From: the human T2T-CHM13v2.0 reference genome, Homo sapiens
DNA: 64,000 bases
Assembly (NCBI RefSeq): GCF_009914755.1
Contig: NC_060936.1
Strand: one strand, 5' to 3'
The notes under the pieces are model-generated. The model ran no database searches. It saw only the letters and a program-made list of their open reading frames with translations, and was not told the DNA's origin. The position numbers were made by a program, and so were the translations under genes. Shown here in pieces: positions 53,621-64,000 of the stretch (within the stretch, counting starts at the first letter, position 1; each line of letters begins with the position of its first letter).

Positions 53621-54573
53621 CAGGGAACAAGGAGAGCTATGCGGCTCGATGGGAAACGATGCTGCCTAATCCACTGGTCAGCAAAGGCTAAGCACAGGCA
53701 CGGTGTGTCATTTAGGCTCCCTGTCCCCACTCCTGCTAAGACATGCAGTTGGCAGGTGGCTCTGTTGGTGGCCTGGCTATGGTGCTGGGCTCAAGCGGCT
53801 GGAGTAAACAGGATGGGGTCTGTAGCACCTACAGTCTAGAAGGCTCTGCTCCCCACATGTATTGGAAATTTCCTTCCTAGGACCACCTGAGCTAGGGCCT
53901 AAAACACAGACACCCCAGAGAGGTTGCACAGTAATTTACATGTACACCAAGGTGCACATGACTGATACTGGGTTCTTTCCTGGAGCCGGTCTTAATGGCC
54001 GGCTAGAGAATCAAGGTTGGAAGGAGGCAGAAAGGTGTAGAAAGGGAAGACTGCGGCCACCAAAATCCATTTTTTCCCCCAGTTCCTGGACAAGCCACCT
54101 CCTGTGCGCATGAGACGTTCTGTGGGTTCAGAACTGCTTCCCCTTTTTGGAATGTCAAAATACGCATTTCCTGCCAAATGCTTCGGGGAGCTGCGATGCT
54201 GAGATAACCCGGCTCCTCCAGGCTGCCTCATCTCAGCGATTATCCTGAAGGAGCACCCGCCCTTCAGGTGTCCCAGAAGCTGCTTGTCAGGCCAGGAAGA
54301 CAGCAGCCCTGATGATCAGTTCTTCCTAAAGCCATCCGGCTCCTGGGGAGAGGCAGGTGGGACTCCAGAACTCACAGAGCTTTTGGGAGGAGAAAGAGGA
54401 GGCCGGAGAAGCAAAGGGCTTTACAGCAAGAGAGTGGTCAGTCGCAGCCACTGGGGAAAAGCCCAGAGGGAGGGCAGGGGCGGGAGGAGTGGGCAGAGGA
54501 TGGAGGCCCAGCCCGGGAAGAAAGTGGGAAAGGGTGACCGGGTTTTTGGGGTGGGGTTGAACGTGATGCTTAC

Positions 54574-54800
54574 GTTTCCAGAGGAATCTTGGCCTGTCCC
54601 CACGCAGGGGACAGGGAGGTGCCTAGAAGCAGCAGCCACAGGAGGGCCGAGGTCTTCTGCACAAAGGCCCAGGCCACGGGCATTGGCTGGAGGGGAATCC
54701 AGCGGCTGCTGGAGCTGGGGTTTGCGAGGAAGTTGGGAGTTGCAGGCATGGTGGGCCTGGGGTTGGGGAGGGGAAGGAGGGCAGAGCAGCCACAGACCAT
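54574..54800 (-). CDS. CACNA2D4: CACNA2D4 exon 1 coding part (227 nt), MVCGCSALL...LLWLLLLGTSLSPAWGQAKIPLET, containing the signal peptide
   Basis: ATG at 54800; donor AC|GTAAGC; matches ORF 54570..54950. Confidence 0.95.
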
Positions 54801-55110
54801 GAGCTCTGTCTGCCTTCCTCCCAGACCCCAGGACGCCCCAGGCCTTTGTCTTCCGTGCCTTGGCGAGCCTGGGGTCTCCAGCCTCTCAGTCCTGGGTGGG
54901 GAGGGCTTCTCTCTGCCCCACAGCTGCAGCTCACAGAAGAGTCGCCCCACCTAGCAAGCAGGCCTCGGAGACAGGGACTGGGGGAGAGGCTGTGGCAACA
55001 TGAAACCCTTTAATCCGCTGGCCTCTCCTCTAATCCTCTCCTGACAGCAGGGAGGGGGTGGCAGGGGGTGGGGAGCTGCCTCCCAAGATTACCACAACTG
55101 CAGCTGGTTC
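54801..55110 (-). promoter_or_regulatory. CACNA2D4 5' UTR and proximal promoter with K50-homeodomain (CRX/OTX2) motifs
   Basis: TAATCC at 55011-55016, CTAATCC at 55030-55036, AGATTA at 55086-55091, E-box CAGCTG at 55101-55106. Confidence 0.6.
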
Positions 55111-56659
55111 CCTCAGGGCTATAGTGCACCCCTCTGCTTTAAAGAGGCAGCCCCGTTCCTGTGGAACCACCTTCTGGACCCAGGAAGGGCTTGCTGTGAC
55201 TATGGCTAGAGGACAGCAGCTGAGTTTGCACAGTACTCTGATTGACCCACAAATCTCTTGTTGACCCTGAGGTGGGGGTGTGTCCTCATCCCTGCTTGGC
55301 AGAGGCTCTTGAGGCCCGGGGAGTCCCAGGGGCAGAGCTGGGACTCTGGCTGGTGTTTCCAGGCCTGGTGCCTTTGGGACAGGTCATAGGTCATAGGTGA
55401 AGTCAGTGGACCCACGCCTCCACATCTCAGCTGCTCGTGGGCGGGGCTGGGGACGCATTTGCTGTGCAACTGATGAAGCTTCGGGACCCCTGAATCCACA
55501 GACTCCCCCCTTTCCCGGAGAGGCCCTAGCAATGTGTTCCTGTGGCCAAATGTTTTTGTAAAATATGCAAAAGTTGAGATAGTTTAACCATAACCGGTTG
55601 AGACTGTCTGTCTCTTTCCATCCCAACTTCTCTTCCGTCTGATGGACTCTTAGTTGGATGATGTTTGGGTGGCTGAGGGCACTTGGGGGATCCAGTTAAG
55701 AGGAAAGTGAGCTGGGGAAACACTTAATCTGGGCTTAGTGGGATATGCTGACATGGTTCACAGTGACTTCTTTGTACAGAGAAGTTACCTCCAGCTGAGT
55801 GTAGGCAGGGCTTCCAGGAACACTCATCCCACAGGACATCCCACCAGCAGATGCAGCAAGAGAGGCTGGGCCGTGATGTGAGCGCACGCTGTCACACCCA
55901 CCCTGGCCATGTGTGGTGGGGAGGGCAAAGTAACAGTCAGGAGCTCATCTGCAGAAAATCTACAAAAAGCCACACAGGTAACATCGTTGGTGGAGGATTT
56001 GGTTCTCACCAAGGCCTGGCCAGGACAGAAGTTCTCTCCTGTTAGGAAAATAGTGGATATTGAAAGAATATAATTACACCGTACATTGCTTTGTGTTCTG
56101 ATGAGAGTTACACAAATTAGAATTGATCAAAATTCTTGTGTTGTGAGCCCAAACCAGTAGTAGTACCACATGGGTTCTCCGGGGGTGAAGTCATAGATTT
56201 TATGCAGTCCCCGTATCAGATTATTTTCTTAGTGTAACTGGTGCACTGTGTCTTCACAAAATCTGGTGGTTCCAGCAAAATGGTAAGCAAAATTGCCACC
56301 AACGCAGAGAAATGCTTGCAGAAGCAAGTGTTCTGATGACAAAACTCCTACACAGATTCATCAATAAGTCAGTGCTGTAGTATCAGAGTAATCTGGTGGC
56401 ACAGTTTTGTGGCTGAATACAATGTATTTTTTAAAGGCATCTAAATGATTCCTATGAATGCCTTAATTTCACATAAATTTTGTACATGTTTTGAGGATTA
56501 CAAATCAAACACATTTAGAAAAAATACTACAGAGGCACACTGGGCAGTCAATACATAAAAAGAATGTAACTTCTCTAGGTTTTGTGAATTTGGTGGAATT
56601 CACCAGCTTCTTAAAATTTGTAATTTGGAATGATTTTTAAAACTGAATAAATATTCACC

Positions 56660-57200
56660 TTTTTTCAACTTTTTTATTGTGGCCCAATATAACATAAAAT
56701 GTGCCATCTTAATCATCTTTTTAAGTGTACGGTTTAGTGTAATTAAATACATTAATCATGTTGCTCCACCTTCGCCGCCATCTATCTCTATAATTCGTTC
56801 ATCTTGTAAAACTGAAACTCTGAACCCATTAAACACTAGCTCCCGTTCCCTCCTCCCCCAGCCGCTGGCGGCCACCACTCTCCTTTCTGTGTCTCTGATG
56901 TTGACGGTTCTAGGGACCTCACAGAAGGGAAGTCATCACATAGTTGTCCTTCCATGACTGGCTCATTTCACTTAGCACAATGTCGGTAAGGTTCACCCAC
57001 GGTGCCGCGTGTGTCAGAATTTCCTTACTTTTTGGGGGTGACCAATGATGGGTTAATATTTCATTGTGTGGATAGACCTCATTTTGTGCATCCGTTCCTC
57101 TATCGATGGACCCTGGGGTGGTGTCCTCCTTTTGGCTACTGTGAAATATGCTGCCGTCAACACGGGTGTGCAAATATCTCTCGAGATCCTGCTTTCGATA
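56660..57200 (-). mobile_element. L1 3' end fragment (L1MB-like)
   Basis: Reverse-strand L1 3' UTR motifs (catttcacttagcacaatg; ttttggctactgtgaa). Confidence 0.75.
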
Positions 57201-57807
57201 ATAAATATTCACTTTTATTTTTATGTTTGTACCTGGGATTTGCATTATTTTTCTTTTATGGGTAACCACTCCCACATTATACAAGCTCCCACTGCCCCCA
57301 CGGGGTTCCAGCACCCTGTCCGGAAAGCCTTCGCCTCCCTCTACTGTGTCAAGCGTGACAGCGGCTTGGAAAGCTCCGTCCTTCGCAGACACACTGGCGG
57401 CCTGTGTCCTGTGCGCCCCTTAGACATACTTAGGAAGCCTCAAAACCAGGCCTTCTCAGCCCAAGGCCACCGCCGGCCTCCAGGCGGCTGCCTCTGCCCA
57501 CTTCCCCTTCAGGCTCCAGCGACGGCTTCCTTCCCTGACTGGTGGAGGAGGGGGTACAGCTGGGCTGCATCCTGCGTCCCCTACATCCACCCCTTTCCAA
57601 GGAGTCCTTTGGAAACCAGCTTTCCCACCTGTTTCCTGCGGGCCCCTGTCTGGTACCGGGCCTCCCCACCCTGCCTCTCATCATCTATTCTTAATGCAGC
57701 AACCGAAGGCTCTTTTCAAACGTAAGTCAGACCCTGTGGCTCCCTCCCTCTGCTCCGAAGCCCCCAGGGCTGCCCATCTCCCTTAGAGGAAAAGCCACAG
57801 TTTTGAC

Positions 57808-58219
57808 CACAGCCACGAGGCCCCACCTGGCTGGAGCTGGCTTGATTTTAAAAATCATTCCAAATTACAAATTTTAAGAAGCTGATGAATGCCACCAAAT
57901 TCACAGCCACGAGGCCCCACCTGGCTGGAGCTGGCTTGATTTTAAAAATCATTCCAAATTACAAATTTTAAGAAGCTGATGAATGCCACCAAATTCACAG
58001 CCACGAGGCCCCACCTGGCTGGAGCTGGCTTGATTTTAAAAATCATTCCAAATTACAAATTTTAAGAAGCTGATGAATGCCACCAAATTCACAGCCACGA
58101 GGCCCCACCTGGCTGGAGCTGGCTTGATTTTAAAAATCATTCCAAATTACAAATTTTAAGAAGCTGATGAATGCCACCAAATTCACAGCCACGAGGCCCC
58201 ACCTGGCTGGAGCTGGCTT
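57808..58219. repeat. 94-bp tandem repeat, 4 apparently identical copies plus 36 bp
   Basis: Units start at 57808, 57902, 57996, 58090 and 58184. Confidence 0.97.
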
Positions 58220-59469
58220 CTCCTGACCGCGCCTCTCTGGGCGCGGGCTCCCGCTGCTCCTTGGGTGCCTCAGGCGCGCCCCCCATCGGTGCGGCTGACC
58301 CCCGAGCTTGCAGTCCGCGCCGCGGCTGTGTCTGCCTGCTTCCCCCTGCGTGGCCGGCTCCCTCATTTCCATCAGTGTCTGGCGTCGGGTTTCCTGCAGG
58401 AAGAGCTGGTACCCCTGGATCGGGCAGCTTGAGACGAGTTTAACAGAGAGGCTATTTACAGAGGTGTGGACGGAGTCCTGCAGGGACACTGCAGTGGCCA
58501 GGGCTGGAAACCGCGGGAGCTAGCCCCTGAGCCTCGGGGAGGGGGACGGGGACGGGGACGGGAAAGCCACTGTACCCTGGAGAGAACAGGCTGTATGGGG
58601 GGGACTGTGGCCGCCAGGCAAGGGATGCGGCCAGCCACAGCAGTCCCGTGGGAGGGCTGGGGCCGTGGACACCCACTCACCCTCTGCCTCCCCCGCTCTC
58701 CTGCTGGTGCCTCCACCCGGGGAACCTTAGGGACTTATCCGCGTGCCCTCGCTCCCCCCCCAGGACAGCCCCCCAGGGCAGGGAGAGCACTCGGAGGGGC
58801 CAGCAGGAGGCGTCCGGCTCAAGGTCTTCAACGCCACCTTTTATGATGAAAGTGTCCTTGAATGAGAGAGTGGTGGGCAGTGACGCACGGCTTTGTGAAT
58901 AGCCTGTCAAGCACCGAGCTGCAAACTTTAACATGGAGAATTTTACGGCATGTGAATTACTTCTCCATTAAAAAACCTTTTTTTTTTTTTTGAAAATCAC
59001 CTTTTTAATGAGTGAAGACTTTCCTGGCTACAAGATCCACCATCTTGGCCCGACCCCTGACGTTCCCTGTCCTTCTTCGCAGCATCTTTCTTCTCCTCAG
59101 TGGCTATCATGGGACGTGCCATATACAGGCCTCCTCCTCTAGCACGCAGCCTCCATAAGGGGCAGGGCCTGCGGGCTGTTTGTCCCTGCTGTATGCCCAG
59201 TCCCTCAGCACAAGGAAAGAAAAATGTGATTGGAATGAAGGAGGGATTGAAAGGGGGGTGATTCTGGGTGGAGGTGAGGGCGCTTGGGCCAAGTCCTGCT
59301 TGTCTCCGCCTCCGCTCTCTGGGGCCTTTGAACAGGAGCCCCAGGGCCCCAGGGTCAGTTTGGAAACCCCCATGTAGCCAGGCAAAGGCTTTCATTTCCC
59401 GTTCATTTTACGAATGTGTCTCCGGCGGCTCATTTCATCTTCAAGTGACACAGGACATCACGAAGGCCT

Positions 59470-59975
59470 TCTGTGGTATTCGTACGCCACTATTCATTGC
59501 AGTGTGATTCACGACAGCAGAAGGTGGGAGCAACCCGGGTGTCCACCACGGATGGACATGGATCATGGATAAATCCAAGTGTCATCAAACAAACAAAACG
59601 TGGTATTGCACATGATGAACTATTAAGAGGAAGGAAATCCTGACACACGCTACAACATGGATGAACCTTGAGGACATTATGAGTGAAATAAGCCAGTCAC
59701 AGAAAGACGAATACTGTATGATTCCATTGATACGTGGTTCTCAGATTCACAGAGACAGAAAGCAGAATGGTGGGTGCCCAGGGCTGGAGGAGGGAGCAGT
59801 GGGGAGTTAGTGTTTAGTGGGTGCAGAGCTTTGGTTCTGCAAGGTGAAAAGGGTTCTGGAGATGGAGGGTGGTGGTGGTTTCACAAGCGCATGAATGTAT
59901 TTAGCACCACTGAGCTAAAACATGCTTACGATGGTACATTTTGAGTTACGTGTATTTTAGCACAATGTTTTAAAA
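59470..59975 (+). mobile_element. L1 3' end fragment
   Basis: acaacatggatgaaccttgaggacattatg...agccagtcacagaaagac motif. Confidence 0.75.
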
Positions 59976-60164
59976 GAAGAGAGAAAAAAGAGGTGTGTGG
60001 GGGGTGCTATAGAGCTGCCCGGGGCAAAACCAGGAGTCCAGAACCCTCCCAACTTCCTCATCCCCCAGAGACTGCTTCCCATTCTTCACACATCCATCGC
60101 TCCAAAATGCCAGTCTGGCTGGATTGCAGAGCTTTGAAAGGGAGAGTGCATTTCAGACTCCTAA

Positions 60165-60496
<332 letters not shown>

Positions 60497-60929
60497 AGCC
60501 CATCCAATTTTTACTCAACAAGGGAGGAGGAAGTGAGAAATAAGGTCATTAAACAAAATGGTCTTGCTTGAACATGTGCCTCCTGCAACTACCCACACAC
60601 ACATGGGCACACACATGCACACGCACGTCTCCCCACCATCACTAAGAAATGCAGCTTGAATCCAGATGGTAAACAAGCTCATTAGCCTAGCATCAACCTA
60701 GATTTGCTGGTGCAGTCTCCTGCCTGCGGGACGTCAGGCCTCCAAATTGTACCTTCTGCCTGGAAAGTCTGAAGCACATCAAAGCCCGGGAGCAGAGGGC
60801 AGCGGGCTAATTAGACGCTGCCCAGGCAGGCAGCCGCTGGGAGGCTGTGCGAAGAGGCGGTCTGCCAAAGAGTGGATCCCTGGGGACCTGCCATGTCTAT
60901 AAATACCCTGAAGGTAACTTGTTAGAGGG

Positions 60930-60932
60930 GGT

Positions 60933-60991
<59 letters not shown>
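60930..60991. repeat. Compound (GT)n(GA)n microsatellite
   Basis: Direct observation. Confidence 0.97.
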
Positions 60992-60994
<3 letters not shown>

Positions 60995-61463
60995 GGGGAG
61001 GCAAAGACTGAAGCAGAAGAAACTCAGAGGGCCCAGCGGGGATTTAGGAGCTGGGGGAGGACTTCGTGGTGAAAAGACCTGGTGAGTTTCCACAGCTTCA
61101 CAGCCCGGGAGGAGTGCAGGGAGGCCTCAGGAGGAAATTCAAGCATCAAAGAACAGGTTTTGAGAGGAAAGACCAGAGGAAGTGCTGAGAGGCACCAGCA
61201 ATTTCCTCATTTAACCAACAAGTGAGGGCTAGCTGTGAGCCCAGAGGATGTGTTCCAGGTTCTGACCCGTGATGGGTTGGCCCCAGGACCCCATGCGTAG
61301 GAAAATGGGAAATGGAGGCAGAGTGGCAGTATGACATTGTCCATGCCAGTGGCTCACCAGCATCCTGACAGCAACTTCACCATGGGGACAAGGGCGAGGC
61401 ATGTGAGGACTCTGGTCTGAATCCCAGGTCTATGTTGACCAGGTGCGCTGAGGTGCAGTGCAG

Positions 61464-61805
61464 GGGAGGACAGAGGGAGCACTCACCTGGGGAAGAAGGC
61501 CTGGAAACCTCCTGGGAGGACGGAGGGAGCACTCACCTGGGGAAAGAGACCTGGAAACCTCCCGGGAAGACAGAGGAAGCACTCACCTGGGGAAGGAGGC
61601 CTGGAAACCTCCTGGGAGGATGGAGAGAGCACTAACCTGGGGAAGGAGGCCTGGAAACCTCCTGGGAGGATGGAGGGAGCACCCACCTGGGGAAGGAGAC
61701 CTGGAAACCACCCAGGAGGATGGAGGGAGCACCCACCTGGGGAAGGAGGCCTGGAAACCTCCCGGGAGGGTGGAGAGTGCACCTACCTGGGGAAGGGGAC
61801 CTGGC
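61464..61805. repeat. 50-bp minisatellite, ~7 copies
   Basis: The ACTCACCTGG motif or a variant recurs at 61481, 61531, 61581, 61631, 61681, 61731 and 61781. Confidence 0.95.
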
Positions 61806-62319
61806 ATCAGGTCTCAGCTCTGTAACTCAAAATGTGACTTTGGGCAAAGCACTTCCCGCTCTGGGCCTCAGTTTCCCCATTTGTATGTGGGAGGGGCCTG
61901 GGGTGCTGGAGTTCTCCACAGGTGGCTCTGACTTCCCTGAGCTGCTGCAGATGGCCCTATGTCTGAAAAGAGTTTGCATGTGCTCAGCACTGGTTGGTCC
62001 AGATCTTCTCATGAGGGGCTGTCCACATGACCTTGGCCAGAGAGAGGGTGCCGGCAGTCCTGAGAGCCAGGGCCACTGTGCTTTATGTAATATAAAGACA
62101 AAACGTGTCTGTAATTAGCCTGTTAAATGGGGTGAGCATCTGCCTTGCAGTCTCATTGATATTAGTAATGTGCCTAACCAACACTTTACAGACAATGCGC
62201 AAGCTCAGGCTCTGGCATCTGGGGGTCTGGGCTTGAACCCCAGCACTGTCCCTTCCTAACCCTTTTATCCACAGCATCTCGTTTTTCTTATCTATAAAAT
62301 GGGAATGATACTACCTGTG

Positions 62320-62720
62320 TCAGGCAGAAATTTACTCAGCTGCAAGTAACAGAAAACCCAGATGACAAATAGGGATTTGTGAAAACACGAAGTTTGGAGT
62401 GGGCAGTTCCAGCAGCAGCCGGTCTTGGCTCAGCTGCTCCGTGATGTCTGCAGAGACCTAGGCCCTCCTTCTTTCTGCCTTCCCTCCTCTGCCTGCTGGC
62501 TTTCATCCTCATGTGGTTCACCTCACAGTCACAAGTTGGCTGCTGCCATTCAACATCACGTCCAAGTTCACAGTAGGGGACAGGAGAAGGGCAATGCCTC
62601 TGACTAATTGGCCAAAAGTTGGCAACATGGTCACCCTCAGCGGCAAGGGAGGCTAGAAAGATGGGAACAGGATTACCGTAACTTGTCTAACAAATCATGA
62701 TCTGTTGCCTGGGGCTGGGT
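62320..62720. mobile_element. Probable MLT1 (MaLR) LTR fragment
   Basis: gctgcaagtaacagaaaaccc...gcaagggaggctagaaa motifs typical of old MLT1 LTRs. Confidence 0.5.
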
Positions 62721-64000
62721 GTTGTTATCAAGGAAGAACAGAAGGGTACGATGTGGGCAACTAGGTCTGCCTCACTCCTGTGAGTATTGAACAAAATGAG
62801 GCAGGTAAAGCTCTCAGCACAGGGCCTGGCACTCAAAAACACTCACCATTATCATGTACATGTGAGTTTTCTCCCTGTTTAAGGACCGATGGGCAACCCT
62901 TAACTCCCAAGACACGTTCAGGGGAGCGAGCAAAGGGTGCACCCCCTCTTCTTCAGAGCAGAAAACAAAGGTGTACAAAAAGGGGCAGAGATCGGGCAGG
63001 GACTCAGCTGTGGGGCCCAGGGGCCCATTTGCTCTTGGAGCCTTTCACAGCCTTTCTGGTTGTGTGCAGGGGAACAAACCTCACCCACACGTGAGTCAGA
63101 AGACCTGGTTTTTAGTGTGCACCCTGAAACCGATCTCCTGTGCAACCTTGGCCTTTTCGCTCTTAATTTTGTCATCTACATACAAGAGAGTTGGGTGAGA
63201 GGATCACCGGAGACAGTGCATGTGAGCTCATGATGTTCTACACAAATGTGAGACGTTTGAGCTCATGAGGAAGAAGCAAGGCAAGCTTAGGGAACATAGT
63301 GAGCTTAGTGACTGCGGGCGGCGGGCAGTGAGCACACACATGAACGTACACACACACACGCATGCACACATGTAATGCACCACACAGTACCAACCAAGCA
63401 CGTGTGCAGCACTTGCAGATGAATGCACATCCCACACACATTAAGACACAGGTTAGCTGTCTGCCAAGATGTACCCTGGTGACACATGGTATAAAAGCTT
63501 TGTCAAAGGAGAGGGGGAGATGGAGGATGCAGCTGGGCTGAGGTCAGCTGGCCCCCAGCAAGATGGTCTTGGTTATTCCCATCACATCAGGCCAGAAGGC
63601 AGAGTTTCCAGGGCGCTCACTGGGGCATGCGGACAGGTGTTGACCATGTTGCTCCTCTTTGGAAGCCACCTCACTGCCCTTTGCAGTGACTCCGTCCAGT
63701 AGGGTCATGTTGCTAGAAAGTCTGGTCTCCAGGTCATCTCCATCTGCAGCTTTTCCATCCCTTTCAGGGCAGGCAAGAGGCTGTGACTACACAGTCAGCT
63801 GAGGCTGAGGAGGACAAGGGGAAGCAGAGGGGCCCAGAAGCAATGCCGGCCAGAGCCCTGGCTGCCCAGCAGTCAGGAGGGAGGGGGATGGAATCCTGGG
63901 AGAGTCCCTTTGAATCAGAAGTCCTCACAGCCTCCCTTTCAGCTCCCTACTTCACTTAGATTTGCACCTCTGCAGCCGTGCCAGGTCAGAGCCCGGAGGA

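Noticed and set aside
57808-58219. Repeat-spacer-like array resembling CRISPR (36-bp repeat plus 58-bp spacer)
   Set aside because: The 'spacers' are identical, the DNA is human and there are no cas genes; it is a tandem repeat.
60800-60920. TAATTA plus TATAAAT suggesting a plus-strand promoter
   Set aside because: Short motifs alone, with no supporting exon structure.

Overview
This is human genomic DNA; from recall the locus is 12p13.33. The window holds the 5' part of CACNA2D4 (voltage-gated Ca2+ channel auxiliary subunit alpha2delta-4) on the minus strand. I traced coding exons 1-18 (ATG at 54800 to the exon 18 donor at 10765) with GT-AG boundaries and consistent phases, giving 1878 nt or 626 codons; the gene continues off the left edge. 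Intron 18 carries a sense-oriented, decayed LAMP1 processed pseudogene (1..~1960) and a ~760-bp TG/CA-rich complex repeat. The ~20-kb intron 6 is mostly nested L1 elements, all antisense to the gene. A CpG-rich region around exon 5 is flanked by 13-bp and 39-bp minisatellites, and upstream of the gene are 94-bp and 50-bp minisatellites. The most striking observations are: (1) the 94-bp repeat unit was apparently created by an inverted templated insertion copied from ~1.2 kb away and then amplified; (2) an alternative first coding exon would give a signal-peptide-less alpha2delta-4 and sits next to a UG-rich intron; (3) the 39-bp VNTR is an array of WT1/EGR and CRE half-sites; (4) CRX/NRL-type motifs cluster at the promoter. 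There are no RNA genes, CRISPR arrays or prokaryotic systems. Most ORFs in the track are spurious. Repeat subfamily names and comparisons to reference sequences come from memory and are not computed.
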